DNA of 64,000 bases from an uncultured Alphaproteobacteria bacterium (GTDB taxonomy: Bacteria; Pseudomonadota; Alphaproteobacteria; Rhizobiales; Xanthobacteraceae), in NCBI GenBank assembly GCA_963846055.1, contig CAWJUQ010000001.1, positions 2,608-66,607 of the forward strand, given 5' to 3'. Each line of letters opens with the position of its first letter. Position 1 is the first letter of the stretch. The notes beneath the pieces were generated by a model. It saw only the letters and a program-made list of their open reading frames with translations. It was not told where the DNA came from and ran no database searches. The position numbers and the translations under genes are program-made. This document shows, piece by piece, positions 8,528 through 18,947 of this stretch.

Positions 8528-9496
8528 ATGGCGACGTTGACGCGCCGAACGCTGCTCGCCGGTTCTGCGCTGACCGCTCTCACGGGCCGCGCCGATCTTG
8601 CCGCCGCGGCGGCGCCGCCGGCAGGCGCGGAAGTTCCCGGCATCTATCGTTACCGGATCGGCTCATTCGAGGTCACTGCGCTCTATGATGGGATCTGGTA
8701 TCGCCCGATCACCGATAAATTCATTCGCAACGCTCCGTTCGCCGAAGTGGAGAGCGCGCTGGCGGCCGCGTTCATGCCGGCTGACAAGCTTGCAACTCCC
8801 TTCACCACGCTGATCGTCAACACCGGAAAGCGGATGATCCTGATCGATACCGGCACTGGCGGCCAGATCGCGCCGTCGGCCGGCGCGCTTCGCGCCAACC
8901 TCGCAGCCGCCGGCGTCGATGCAAAAGCAATCGACGTCATCGCCATCTCGCACTTCCATCCCGATCACATCAACGGCATCAAGGACAAGGACGACGAGCT
9001 GGTCTTTCCCAACGCCGAAATTCTGGTGGCCGACGACGAATGGAAATTCTGGATGGATGACGCCAATTTAAACGCCGCGCCATCCGACCTGAAATCGGCG
9101 TTTCGCAATCAGCGCCGAATATTTTCGAGCATCGCCAGGAACGTGACGCGCTTTTCTCCCGGCGCCGAAATCGCGCCCGGCGTTGTGGCGCTCGCAGCGC
9201 CGGGGCACACGCCAGGGCACACCGTGTTTGCCCTCTACTCCGGCGATCAATCGCTCCTCGTCCTCGGCGACACCGCGCAGCATCCTGCGGTATTCGCCCG
9301 CCATCCCGATTGGCAGGCGGCCTTCGATATCGACGGCGACGCCGCGGTCGCGACGCGAAAAAAGCTGTTCGAGCGCGCGGCGGCCGACCGGATGCTGGTC
9401 ACCGGCTATCACTTCCCCTTCCCGGCTTGCGGCCATCTCATCAAGACCGCAAGCGGGTTCGAACACGTACCGGTGGAATGGCAGCCGAATTTGTAA
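8528..9496 (+). CDS. MBL-fold metallo-hydrolase with Tat-type signal peptide
   Basis: N-terminus MATLTRRTLLAGSALTAL. Has the HFHPDH (HxHxDH) motif and GHTPGH. Confidence 0.8.
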   Translation: MATLTRRTLLAGSALTALTGRADLAAAAAPPAGAEVPGIYRYRIGSFEVTALYDGIWYRPITDKFIRNAPFAEVESALAAAFMPADKLATPFTTLIVNTGKRMILIDTGTGGQIAPSAGALRANLAAAGVDAKAIDVIAISHFHPDHINGIKDKDDELVFPNAEILVADDEWKFWMDDANLNAAPSDLKSAFRNQRRIFSSIARNVTRFSPGAEIAPGVVALAAPGHTPGHTVFALYSGDQSLLVLGDTAQHPAVFARHPDWQAAFDIDGDAAVATRKKLFERAAADRMLVTGYHFPFPACGHLIKTASGFEHVPVEWQPNL

Positions 9497-9586
9497 TCAC
9501 ATTTGCTCGAACAACATCGAAGTGTCGTGCTCAAGTTGCGTCCGATGCTGTAGGATCGAGTCCGCTCGCAGAGAAAGGATCCGGCT

Positions 9587-10120
9587 ATGAACTCATTGCG
9601 TTCGCTTGCTGCTCTGCTTTTCCTATCGTCCATTTTGGTCGCGCCGCAGATTGCGCTGGCCGCTGGCGAAGATTCGCCAACGCCTCCGCCGCCCACCAAC
9701 CAGGGCAAGCAGAATAATCAAACCAAAAAGCCGAAAACCGACAAAAGCAGCTCCGCCGAAGACTTCCTCCGCGGCTATCACGCCGCTTATGCGCTGATTT
9801 ACGACAGAGCGGACTTTGAAGGCGGGATCGCCGCGCTCCGGGCGCTCGGCTATGACGATCATCCCGACGTCGCCACCCTGATTGGTTATGCCAGCCGCAA
9901 GCTCGGCCGCTATGACGACGCAAAAATCTGGTACGAACGCGCGCTTGCGGCCGACCCCAACCATGCCGTCACCTGGTCGTATTACGGCATGTGGCAGGCC
10001 GAGCAGGGCAACGTCCTCAAAGCCAAAGACGACCTTGAAAAGGTGCGGCTGATTTGTGGCACCGATTGCCGGGCCTACAAGATGCTCAAGGATGCAATTG
10101 ACGGTACGGTGACGTACTGA
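9587..10120 (+). CDS. Secreted TPR-repeat protein
   Basis: Signal peptide, then a Pro/Lys-rich linker, then TPR-like GRYDDAKIWYERALAADPNHAVTWSYYGMWQAEQGN. Confidence 0.65.
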   Translation: MNSLRSLAALLFLSSILVAPQIALAAGEDSPTPPPPTNQGKQNNQTKKPKTDKSSSAEDFLRGYHAAYALIYDRADFEGGIAALRALGYDDHPDVATLIGYASRKLGRYDDAKIWYERALAADPNHAVTWSYYGMWQAEQGNVLKAKDDLEKVRLICGTDCRAYKMLKDAIDGTVTY

Positions 10121-10126
10121 CGCCGA

Positions 10127-10459
10127 TCACGACTCACTTTCCGTTTCGCGCATGATCCAGGCCGCATAGTCGGGGTCAACGCTCTCTATCGGAATAACCA
10201 GCACGGCCGGCGTGGTGTAGGAGTGCATCTCCTTCACCGCTATCCTCACGGCATCTGCAAGTGTGGCGCGGGTTTTCACTAGCATCACGACTTCGTCACC
10301 GCGTTCGATGGCACCTTGCCACCAGTAGTAAGATATCATCGCCGGCAATATGTTGACGCAGGCGCAAAGCCGGCGTTCGACCAACGACCGCCCCGCCCGC
10401 TCCGCCTCGACAAGGGATGGAAAGGTTGTGTAGACGAAAACGGCGCGTTCCATTTCCAC
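10127..10459 (-). CDS. cutA: Divalent-cation tolerance protein CutA
   Basis: [47 protein letters not shown]...[14 protein letters not shown]. Confidence 0.8.
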   Translation of the reverse strand: MEMERAVFVYTTFPSLVEAERAGRSLVERRLCACVNILPAMISYYWWQGAIERGDEVVMLVKTRATLADAVRIAVKEMHSYTTPAVLVIPIESVDPDYAAWIMRETESES

Positions 10460-10480
10460 ACTCCATCAGCGCCCAATAGT

Positions 10481-11269
10481 ATGCCAAAGCGCCGTAGTTC
10501 TTCACGCTACAAGCACATTGCCTTTGTCGCCAGCGACACACCGTCGGCGCAGCAGGCCCGCCGCCGCCTCATCCGCCGGTACGGCGACGTGCCGCCGGAG
10601 CGCGCCGATGTCATTGTAGCGCTCGGCGGCGACGGCCTGATGCTGACCACGCTGCAGCAGTTCATGAATTCCGACAAGCCGATCTACGGCATGCACCGCG
10701 GCACGATCGGCTTTCTGATGAACGAATTTTCCGAGCAAAAACTCACGGAGCGGCTCAACGCCGCCCATGTCAACGTCATTCATCCGCTGCTCATGCGCGC
10801 GCGCGACGCGAGCGGCCGCGTCCACCGCCACCGGGCGATCAACGAAGTCTCGCTGTTTCGCCAGAGCTACCAGGCGGCACGCCTGCGCATTCTGGTTGAC
10901 GGGGAGGAGCAGCTTAGCGAGCTCGTGGCCGATGGCATATTGCTGGCGACGCCCGCGGGCTCGACGGCCTACAATCTTTCGGTTCAGGGACCGATCATTC
11001 CCATCGGCGCGCCGCTTCTGGCTTTAACGCCGATCAGTCCGTTTCGGCCGCGCCGCTGGCGCGGCGCCCTTTTGCCCGATCGTGCCAACGTCACCATCGA
11101 GGTCCGCGAATCGGGCAAGCGCCCGGTTGCCGCCGTCGCCGACCATGATGAGGTGCGTTCGGTGCGTTCAGTCGAGATCAGCATGGACCATTCGAAATCC
11201 ATGCACATGCTGTTCGATCCCGGCCATAGCCTCGAGGACCGGATCCTGCGTGAGCAATTCGGATATTGA
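10481..11269 (+). CDS. nadK: NAD kinase
   Basis: Internal Met of ORF 10316..11269. Contains [23 protein letters not shown] and [14 protein letters not shown]. 262 aa. Confidence 0.85.
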   Translation: MPKRRSSSRYKHIAFVASDTPSAQQARRRLIRRYGDVPPERADVIVALGGDGLMLTTLQQFMNSDKPIYGMHRGTIGFLMNEFSEQKLTERLNAAHVNVIHPLLMRARDASGRVHRHRAINEVSLFRQSYQAARLRILVDGEEQLSELVADGILLATPAGSTAYNLSVQGPIIPIGAPLLALTPISPFRPRRWRGALLPDRANVTIEVRESGKRPVAAVADHDEVRSVRSVEISMDHSKSMHMLFDPGHSLEDRILREQFGY

Positions 11270-11278
11270 TCGCGGGCT

Positions 11279-12451
11279 TTAAGCTGCCTGGGGCTGAAGC
11301 TCGGGCTCGAAAATGTCGTCGAGCATATCGTCGCGCAATTGGCGCGCTTCTTCGCGGGCAGCTTCGGTCGCAAAACGGCGCAACAAGGTCAGCAGCGGCG
11401 CCAACTCATCGAGCGCCTCGTTCTCACAGCCAGTGAGTACGCGCTCGATCATCCGCCGTTTCAGCCTTGCCGACCCGCCCGGTTCGCTGGTCAGGTCGCC
11501 TTCGCGCATGGCTTCGATGGCCTGTTTGAAGGCCGAATAAGTCGACGGCGGCAGGCCAGCGCGATCGAATAACGCGCGCAGGCTTGCTGCGCCGCCGTAG
11601 TGAATGACCGTGCTCACCCGCTTTGTCGTCATTTCGCTCAATTCGGCCATTGCCTCCTCGAACAACGTCACGTTGCCAGACAGGAAAGCGCGCAAGATCA
11701 ACCCGGCGGTAAGCTGACCGCTGGCCCGCAAATGGCGCACGAGCGGCCGCACCTCAACCGTAGGCGTGTCGGCCGCAACTGTCACAGTCGCCTTCTCGCA
11801 GGCTTCACGAGCGACGAGCAGGGCGCGCTCGGCGTTGAGCCACCGCCGTCTGGCGACGAAGTCGACCAGCAATTCCGATACTTTGGCAACCAGCGCCAGC
11901 CGGGTGGACGGCGCAATGTCGTAACGCGCCAGCAATGCTTCGCGCAGCGCCGCGACACCGCCCAATCGCGCGACCATGCGATCGATCGACACGGGCGCAA
12001 TATCGGCCGCCGGATTTTGCACCAGAGCCAGACAAGCGCTGGCGCCGCCGACCTCGGCGATGGCGCCCGCGACCGACCGCGGCAGCTCCGCGCAACTCGC
12101 AATCGCCGCCTGAACCGCTTCCGCCCCGGTTGCGACCGCGTCCACCAGGTCGGCATCGACGAACAGTGGCGACGCGGCCAAGACCACCGACGCGATCTGC
12201 GGCTGATCGGCCGCCAGCGCCAGGACGACAGCCGGCGGGGCATTCGGACTCGCCGCCAACGCCTCGGCGAGCGCCCGCCGCACCAGCGGCGACGGATCGT
12301 CGAGCAGCATCAGCATCGCGCCTTCAGCGGCCCTAACGTCGTCAGTGGGGAGATCGGAATGAAGGTAAGCGCTAGCGAGCGCGCATGTGGCTTCCGCCCT
12401 TTGCGTCGCCGATGTCGAACGAACCCCATTGAGAAAATGGCGGACAATCAT
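11279..12451 (-). CDS. DUF2336-like HEAT/ARM-repeat protein
   Basis: A 390-aa Ala/Leu-rich repeat protein containing DDPSPLVRRALAEALAASPNAPPAVVLALAADQPQIA. Family assigned from memory. Confidence 0.55.
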   Translation of the reverse strand: MIVRHFLNGVRSTSATQRAEATCALASAYLHSDLPTDDVRAAEGAMLMLLDDPSPLVRRALAEALAASPNAPPAVVLALAADQPQIASVVLAASPLFVDADLVDAVATGAEAVQAAIASCAELPRSVAGAIAEVGGASACLALVQNPAADIAPVSIDRMVARLGGVAALREALLARYDIAPSTRLALVAKVSELLVDFVARRRWLNAERALLVAREACEKATVTVAADTPTVEVRPLVRHLRASGQLTAGLILRAFLSGNVTLFEEAMAELSEMTTKRVSTVIHYGGAASLRALFDRAGLPPSTYSAFKQAIEAMREGDLTSEPGGSARLKRRMIERVLTGCENEALDELAPLLTLLRRFATEAAREEARQLRDDMLDDIFEPELQPQAA

Positions 12452-12711
12452 TGCTTTGCGCCACGCTGGCCTGAACCGATGTCGATGCTAGAAGGCGGCT
12501 GTTAAAAAATCGTTCACCATAAATCTTTGCAAAGGTTACCGCTGGCATCGCCGTTTCCGTTCCCCAAAAGCGAGCGAGATCGTGGGAAGACACCCCACTG
12601 ATGCTCGCGGATTGGCCCGCCGCTTCGCCAGCGCGTGTCTTGGGCTCGTCTTCGCGGTAAGGGGAGATTAATCTTTATGGTAAACGGACGATTAATGCAG
12701 GGAGATCGGCA

Positions 12712-13197
12712 ATGACGAATCAAGCGGCCCAACGGCACAAGCGGGGCGGCCTCTATTTCGAAGGCTTTATCCCCGGCGAAGTGATCGAGCACCGCTATAC
12801 GCGCACCGTCACGCAGATGGACAACATGTTGTTTTCAAACATGACGCTCAATCCGCAGCCGCTCCACATCGACCGGCATTTTTGCGAGCAGGAAACCGAG
12901 TGGGGTCAGCCGCTGATGAATTCGCTGTTCACGCTCGGGCTGATGATCGGCATGTCGGTGAGCGATCTCACCGTCGGCACCACGATTGCCAATCTGGGAA
13001 TGAGCGACGTTAAGTTCCCTCACCCGGTGTTCGAAGGTGACACCCTGCACGCGACGACCGAGGTCATCGGCAAGCGTGAGTCGAAATCGCGGCCCGGCGC
13101 CGGGATCGTCGAGCTTCATCATCGCGCCTACAACCAGGACAACAAACTTGTCGCTGAATGCCGCCGCTCGGCGTTTATGCGGATGCAGCCGAAGTGA
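12712..13197 (+). CDS. MaoC-family (R)-hydratase / dehydratase
   Basis: Hot-dog fold pattern: MLFSNMTLNPQPLHID, VKFPHPVFEGDTL and VELHHRAYNQDNKLV. Confidence 0.75.
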   Translation: MTNQAAQRHKRGGLYFEGFIPGEVIEHRYTRTVTQMDNMLFSNMTLNPQPLHIDRHFCEQETEWGQPLMNSLFTLGLMIGMSVSDLTVGTTIANLGMSDVKFPHPVFEGDTLHATTEVIGKRESKSRPGAGIVELHHRAYNQDNKLVAECRRSAFMRMQPK

Positions 13198-13252
13198 TGC
13201 GGACGAGGGCCTTCCGGCCCTTGCTTGCCGGTGATACGATTCACCCGTAGGC

Positions 13253-13654
13253 TTGGGTATGAGCAAACTGGGTAGAAAGCGCTACTGGCGGCCCTTGATC
13301 GGGGTCGTCGTCGCTTATGCCGTTGCCGTCCAAAGTCTGCTCATCGCGCTTGGCGGCTTTGCGCTTGCCGCGGCCGCCCCGACCGATGATGCTCCGCCGG
13401 CATTCGAACTATGCTTGCACGACGGCGGCGCGGCACCTGCCCTTCCTGCCGGGGCGCCGACCCATGCCCCATGCACTCATTGTATCTTTTGCTTTGCCGG
13501 AGCGAGCCCTGCCGTTATTGGGTCGCCGCCAGCGCTGATCCGTATCGCGCGATTTGAGTTTGTCGAGATTTCCTGGGCGCGCACGCAACAACGGGCGCCT
13601 CGTGTCGCCGATCATTCAATAGCAAGTCCCCGAGGGCCTCCGCCTCGAGTGTGA
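13253..13654 (+). CDS. DUF2946-like small membrane protein (Cys/His motif) at the head of the copper cluster
   Basis: One TM segment, then HAPCTHCIFCF. Sits directly upstream of the PCuAC gene. Confidence 0.45.
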   Translation: MGMSKLGRKRYWRPLIGVVVAYAVAVQSLLIALGGFALAAAAPTDDAPPAFELCLHDGGAAPALPAGAPTHAPCTHCIFCFAGASPAVIGSPPALIRIARFEFVEISWARTQQRAPRVADHSIASPRGPPPRV

Positions 13655-13779
13655 CGCTTGAACCGCCATCAGGCGGCTTTTGAAGTGCAGGGCTTCGCGG
13701 CCCTCTTCGCCAGCTCAATTTGCCAAGGCCGAACCCGGGCGCATGTGCGTTCCGACGGCGCATGGCACGGAGGACATCA

Positions 13780-14340
13780 ATGAGTAGTTTTTATCGGAAC
13801 ACCCTCATTTGCCGGACCGCCGCAGCGCTTACGCTGAGTATGATGGCGTTCGTCGCACCCGGCGCGTACGCCAGCGGCTACGACGTCGGCTCAATTCACA
13901 TCACGCAGCCGTGGGCGCGGGCGACGCCGAAGGGCGCATCCGCCGGCGCGGCGTACATGACCATCAAGAACGACGGCGCGGCTCCCGATCGGCTGAGCTG
14001 TGTTGCCAGCGACGCCAGCACCGGTTGCCAAATTCACAGCATGACCATGGACAACGGCGTCATGAAGATGAGGCCGGTGGAAGGCGGCGTTGAAATCCCG
14101 CCCGGCGAAACCGTTGTGCTGAAGCCGGCGGGGCTGCACCTGATGCTCACGGAGCTCAAGCACCCACTGGAGCCCGGCAAAGTCGTGCAGGCGACATTGC
14201 TATTCGAGAAGGCGGGAACGATCAAAGTCGACTTTCCGATCGCCGCGATTGGAGCGTCCGCTCCCGGCGGAGCCGCCGCTCCGGCCGGCGGCAGCATGAT
14301 GATGAACCGCGGCGGCATGATGCAAATGGACAAGCACTGA
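13780..14340 (+). CDS. Periplasmic copper chaperone PCuAC (DUF461) with Met-rich C-terminal tail
   Basis: GGAGGA upstream of the ATG at 13780. Signal peptide. Contains ITQPWARATPKGASAGAAYMTIKN and CQIHSMTMDNGVMKMRPV. The tail reads GGSMMMNRGGMMQMDKH. Confidence 0.8.
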   Translation: MSSFYRNTLICRTAAALTLSMMAFVAPGAYASGYDVGSIHITQPWARATPKGASAGAAYMTIKNDGAAPDRLSCVASDASTGCQIHSMTMDNGVMKMRPVEGGVEIPPGETVVLKPAGLHLMLTELKHPLEPGKVVQATLLFEKAGTIKVDFPIAAIGASAPGGAAAPAGGSMMMNRGGMMQMDKH

Positions 14341-14414
14341 GGCTGCGCCGGTAACGCCGCCACCCGCGGCGGCACCTGTAAACCCGTGCTTATTCAACCG
14401 AAAGGAAATTCATC

Positions 14415-15380
14415 ATGTCGCGCTTTATGGCGCACGCGTGCGCATCCGCTCTCGGCCTCCTGCTGGTTTCACTGCCGCTGACCAACGCCTTCGCTCACTG
14501 CTTCGTCGGCGCGCGGTTCTTTCCTGCAACGCTGCTGATCGACGATCCGTGCATCGCCGATGAAATGTCCCTGCCGACCGTCAGCTGGTCGAAGTCCGGC
14601 GACGTGCCGCCGGCCACCGAATGGGACATCGAAGGCGAAATCTCGAAACGCATCACGGAGGATTTTGGCGTTTCCATCGGCGAGGGCTGGTCGCAAATCC
14701 GCCAGCCGGGCGCTCCGACGATGGCGGGCTTCGCCGACCTGGAAACAACGTTCCAATATCAGCTCCTAAAAGACCCCGCTCACGAAACGGCGATGCTGCT
14801 CGGCCTCATCGTCGATTGGGGAAACACCGGCGCCACCAACGCCGGCATTGGCACGCCTTACAGCATGATCACCCCGACGTATTATTTCGGCCAAGGATTC
14901 GGTCAGCTTCCGGATGATCTGAGCTGGGCCCGGCCCTTCGCCCTCACCGGACAGGTCGGATACCAAATCCCGACCAACTCCTACGACGTCGCGCAAGGAT
15001 TTTACATCCCGCAAGTCCTCGTTTACGGGGCATCGCTCCAGTACAGCATGCCGTATCTGAAATCGGAGGTGAAAGACCTGCAACTCGCCGACTTTTTCAA
15101 CCATCTGATCTTCATTACCGAGGCGCAGTTCTCGACGCCGGTCGCCAATAACTTCGGCAACTCCTACGAAACGACTGGCACCATCAACCCGGGGGCGATC
15201 TGGGTCGGCAGCTACTTTCAGGTCGGCCTTGAAGCCATGATTCCAGTCAATCGGGCGAGCGGAAGCGGGGTTGGTTTTCTTGCCCAGCTTCACCTTTATC
15301 TCGACGATATGTTCCCGACGACTTTCGGGCAGCCGCTGATCGGCGGCGGTTCGAATTCTCCTCGCCAAGCAACCTTCTGA
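14415..15380 (+). CDS. Outer-membrane beta-barrel protein (MetA-pathway/transporter-like family)
   Basis: Signal peptide ending NAFA, alternating beta-strand-like pattern, and a C-terminal Phe. Confidence 0.45.
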   Translation: MSRFMAHACASALGLLLVSLPLTNAFAHCFVGARFFPATLLIDDPCIADEMSLPTVSWSKSGDVPPATEWDIEGEISKRITEDFGVSIGEGWSQIRQPGAPTMAGFADLETTFQYQLLKDPAHETAMLLGLIVDWGNTGATNAGIGTPYSMITPTYYFGQGFGQLPDDLSWARPFALTGQVGYQIPTNSYDVAQGFYIPQVLVYGASLQYSMPYLKSEVKDLQLADFFNHLIFITEAQFSTPVANNFGNSYETTGTINPGAIWVGSYFQVGLEAMIPVNRASGSGVGFLAQLHLYLDDMFPTTFGQPLIGGGSNSPRQATF

Positions 15381-15391
15381 AGGAGCGACCC

Positions 15392-15742
15392 ATGCAAAAG
15401 TACGTGACCCTCCTGTCGCTGCTGCTTTTGGCGCCCGGCGCCGCGCACGCTCACGCTTTTCTCGACCACGCTAGCCCGCTGGTCGGGAGCACGGTGGCAA
15501 CGGCTCCGCACGAGGTTGCCCTCACCTTCACGCAAAACCTCGAGGCGGCCTTCAGCTCGGTTCAGGTGACAGACCCGAAGGGAGTCCGCGTCGATCAAGG
15601 TAAAGCGCAAATCAGCGGCAACACCATGCGGATCAGCCTTAAAGCCGCGGGCCCGGGACGCTACCAGGTTCATTGGCATGCGCTCTCGGTCGACACGCAC
15701 AAGACCGAGGGAAACTTCTCCTTCACCGTCGGCGGCCAGTGA
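15392..15742 (+). CDS. copC: CopC-family periplasmic copper-binding protein
   Basis: Signal peptide, then the mature N-terminus HAFLDHASP. Contains YQVHWHALSVDTHKTEGNFSF. Confidence 0.85.
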   Translation: MQKYVTLLSLLLLAPGAAHAHAFLDHASPLVGSTVATAPHEVALTFTQNLEAAFSSVQVTDPKGVRVDQGKAQISGNTMRISLKAAGPGRYQVHWHALSVDTHKTEGNFSFTVGGQ

Positions 15743-15776
15743 GCCAGCGGGCGCATCGGCATAGTGGGAGACTCGC

Positions 15777-16760
15777 ATGGATGATCCGCTGATCTACGCG
15801 CGGGCCATTCATTTCGCCGCCACCATCACCGCCGCGGGCGCGATTTTCTTTTGGGCGTTCATCGCCCAACCGGCGTTCTCCAACGCGGAAATCGGAGCGC
15901 GCGCTCCCGCTATCGTGCGCGCCGGGCTGGCGTGGATGGTCTGGATCGCGCTCGCAGTTGCGGTGCTCTCCGGAGCCGCCTGGTTCGTCGTTGTCGCCCA
16001 ATCCATGAGCGAGAATTCGTTCGCTGAGCTTTTTTCCGAAGGCGTGCTTTGGACTGTTCTTCTGCAAACCGGTTTCGGGCGCGATTGGCTCGCGCGGTTG
16101 GTATTGGCATGCCTGTTGGCGGCGATCCTTGCGGCGTTCTCTCAGCGGCGCGGCAAAAGACCGGTAGCGGATGCTTTCGCAGTGGTTTTGGCAGGCGGAC
16201 TTGCCGGAACGCTGGCTTTCGCCGGCCACGCGGTTGGCGCGGAAGGCAGCGAAGGCATCGTGCACCCGGCAACAGACTTTCTTCATCTCGTCGCCGCTGC
16301 GGCTTGGGTCGGCATGCTTCTCCCGCTGACGCTCCTGCTTGCCGCCGCCGCGCGCGACAAAGCTTCGGTTGGCGCCGCGTATCCGGCCATCCATCGCTTT
16401 TCGAATGTTGGCCTTGTCACCGTCGGCGTTCTTCTGGTCACCGGCATCATCAACACGCTCTATCTCGCCGGCAGCATTCCCGCACTCACCGAGACCGACT
16501 ACGGCCGCTTGCTGCTGATCAAGGTGGCGCTGTTTCTCGTCATGGTCGCCATTGCCGCAATCAATCGGCAGATTTTGACCCCTCGCCTCATCGGGACGGG
16601 AAGCGCCGCAGCAAACCGCGAGGCGCTCGGCCGGCTCCGCCGCAACGCCGCTATCGAAGCCGGGCTTGGCGCTATCATCATCGTCATCGTCGCCGTGCTG
16701 GGGGTGACTCCACCGGGGCTTCATCAGGTCATGCCCGACATGCAGCATCATTCTCATTGA
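15777..16760 (+). CDS. copD: CopD-family inner-membrane copper protein
   Basis: A 327-aa polytopic membrane protein directly after copC (ARAIHFAATITAAGAIFF...). Confidence 0.8.
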   Translation: MDDPLIYARAIHFAATITAAGAIFFWAFIAQPAFSNAEIGARAPAIVRAGLAWMVWIALAVAVLSGAAWFVVVAQSMSENSFAELFSEGVLWTVLLQTGFGRDWLARLVLACLLAAILAAFSQRRGKRPVADAFAVVLAGGLAGTLAFAGHAVGAEGSEGIVHPATDFLHLVAAAAWVGMLLPLTLLLAAAARDKASVGAAYPAIHRFSNVGLVTVGVLLVTGIINTLYLAGSIPALTETDYGRLLLIKVALFLVMVAIAAINRQILTPRLIGTGSAAANREALGRLRRNAAIEAGLGAIIIVIVAVLGVTPPGLHQVMPDMQHHSH

Positions 16761-16813
16761 CGGAAGCCGCTTCGCAAAGCGACCATGACATGATCGCTTG
16801 CGGAGCATTATCC

Positions 16814-17698
16814 ATGCGCTCACTTCTGTTCGTCCCGGCGGATAGCCCGAAGAAGCTCGCGAAAGCTATGACCAGCGAGGCCGACGCGCTGATCGTCGAT
16901 CTCGAGGACTCGATCGCGCTCGACCGGAAAGCACACGCGCGACAAAGCGCGGCCGCGTTTCTCAAGGAAACTGTAGGCACGGCCGGGCGGCCTTATTTGA
17001 TCGTGCGCATCAACGGCTTGAAGACCGGTCTGATCGATACGGATCTTGACGTTATCGCGGCCGCGCAACCTGACGCCGTCATGCTGCCGAAAGCCGAAGG
17101 CGGGGCGTCAATTGCCAATCTCGATGCCAAGCTCGCAGTGCGGGAAGCCGTCAACGGGCTCACCGATGGTCACATCAAAATAATGGCCATCGCCACGGAA
17201 ACGGCCACGGCTTGTTCTGCGCCGGCACCTATGCCGGCTCAAGCCAGCGGCTCAGCGCGCTGACCTGGGGGGCGGAGGACCTGTCCGCCGATCTCGGGGC
17301 TGAGACCAACCGCAACTCGGAAGGCGTGCTGCTTGATCCTTATCGTTTGGCTCGGGTTCTCTGCCTCGCCGGCGCGGCGAGCGCCGGAGTGCCGGCGATC
17401 GACACGGTTTTTCCCGACTTTCGGGGAGAGCGACCGCGAAGCGTTTCGCCGGGAATGCGGTGCGGCGCGCCGCGACGGTTTCTCGGGCAAAATGGCCATT
17501 CACCCGACGCAGATACCGATCATCAATCAAGCCTTCACGCCAACGCGCGAGGCCATAGCGCAAGCCCAAGCGATCGTTGCTGCGTTTGCCGCCAATCCGG
17601 ACGCCGGCGTGGCCGTTGTCGGCGGCTCCATGGTCGACCGCCCGCATCTCGCGCGCGCCAGGCGATTGCTGGCGCGCGCCGAGACGCGGAAGGCTTAG
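16814..17698 (+). pseudogene. CitE/HpcH-like acyl-CoA lyase, two frameshifts (about 17205 and about 17425)
   Basis: MRSLLFVPADSPKKL..ALIVDLEDS..MLPKAEGG..IMAIATETA reads in frame 2. AGTYAGSSQRLSALTWGAEDLSADLGA reads in frame 1. RRDGFSGKMAIHPTQIPIINQAFTP reads in frame 2 again. Confidence 0.75.
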
Positions 17699-17702
17699 CG
17701 CG

Positions 17703-18947
17703 TTACGCCGCGGCGCGCTTCCAAAGCTGCTTCGTGGCAAGCGCTGCGCCCTCCGACAGCGCCTTGAGCTTTGCCCAGGCGATCAGAGGATGCACGCGGC
17801 CACCGAGCCCGCAATCGGTCGAGGCGATGACGTTCTCGCGGCCGACGACCTCGGCGAAGCGGATGATGCGGTCGGCAACAAGCTCGGGGTCCTCGATCAA
17901 ATTGGTCGAGTGGGTCACGACGCCGGGCAGGATCTTCTTGCCGGGTGGCAGCTTGACGTTCTTCCAGATCTTCCACTCGTGCTCGTGACGAGCGTTGGCG
18001 GCCTCGAACGAGTAATAGTCGCAGTTCACCGCCAGCATGAGATCGACCAGATGCTTCATCGGGATGTCGGTGGTGTGCGGGCCGTGCCAGCTACCCCAAC
18101 ACAGGTGGAAGCGGATTTTGTCCGGCGGCAGTCCCTTAATCGAATGGTTGAGTGCGTCGATCTGCATCTTGGTGTAGCGCCGGTAGCCTTCGATGCTCGG
18201 CTCGTTCTTTTGCTGATCCCAATTTTCGCCGATCGCCGGATCGTCAAGCTGAACGGTCAGTCCGGCGTCGATGATCGCCTTGTACTCTTCGTGCATGGCG
18301 TCAGCGCAGGCGTACAGCAATTCCTCTTCGGACTTGTAATATTCGTTCGGCATGCGCGCGCAGCTTGCCGGAGCGATCGCGTTCATCCAGGCGCCTTCGG
18401 TCGGCAGCCCTGCGGCCTTCAGCCCGGCCTTGAAGTTGGCGATGTCGCGCTCGATCACCTTCTGGCCCTTGTATTTGACCGGACCTTTGACCAGCGGACT
18501 GTGCTCGGTCATGAACTGCACCGGCAATCCGCAGCCGGATTGCGGATCGAGATAGGCGTCCACGAATTTGGACATGTCGCGGCGCTCGCCCCAGTCGCCG
18601 ACGACGAAGTCTTTTGGCGCCATCGGTGTCTTGGTGTGCGCCGAAAGCTTGGTGAACCAGAGACCCTGGTTGACCACCTCGACGCCGGCGAGCCGCGGGA
18701 TGATGTACGACCACCAGGCACCGTAATCGTAAGCCCAGCCGACGGTGTGGCCGAGTTCGCCGTCATTGATCAGATCGACGCCGGCCTCTTTCTGCTTCTG
18801 GACGACCTCGGCAACCGAATCTTTGAGCACGCTTTCGAATTCGGCCTCGTTGAATTTCTCGCCGAGGGTTTTCTTCTGGCTCAGTTCAAGAAGCTTCGGC
18901 GTGCGCGGCAGGCTTCCCACATGCGTCGTTAGAATCCGATCGGCCAT
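17703..18947 (-). CDS. Cobalamin-independent methionine synthase (MetE C-terminal domain)-like protein
   Basis: GGAGGAA upstream of the ATG at 18947. Contains MADRILTTHVGSLPR, DGELG, FHLCWGSWHGPH and STDCGLG. Confidence 0.7.
   Translation of the reverse strand: MADRILTTHVGSLPRTPKLLELSQKKTLGEKFNEAEFESVLKDSVAEVVQKQKEAGVDLINDGELGHTVGWAYDYGAWWSYIIPRLAGVEVVNQGLWFTKLSAHTKTPMAPKDFVVGDWGERRDMSKFVDAYLDPQSGCGLPVQFMTEHSPLVKGPVKYKGQKVIERDIANFKAGLKAAGLPTEGAWMNAIAPASCARMPNEYYKSEEELLYACADAMHEEYKAIIDAGLTVQLDDPAIGENWDQQKNEPSIEGYRRYTKMQIDALNHSIKGLPPDKIRFHLCWGSWHGPHTTDIPMKHLVDLMLAVNCDYYSFEAANARHEHEWKIWKNVKLPPGKKILPGVVTHSTNLIEDPELVADRIIRFAEVVGRENVIASTDCGLGGRVHPLIAWAKLKALSEGAALATKQLWKRAAA

Noticed and set aside
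16049-16813. N-terminal 255 codons of ORF 16049..17263 as part of the CitE-like gene
   Set aside because: This stretch overlaps copD in another frame and is Arg-rich nonsense. The family N-terminus MRSLLFVPADSPKK starts at 16814.
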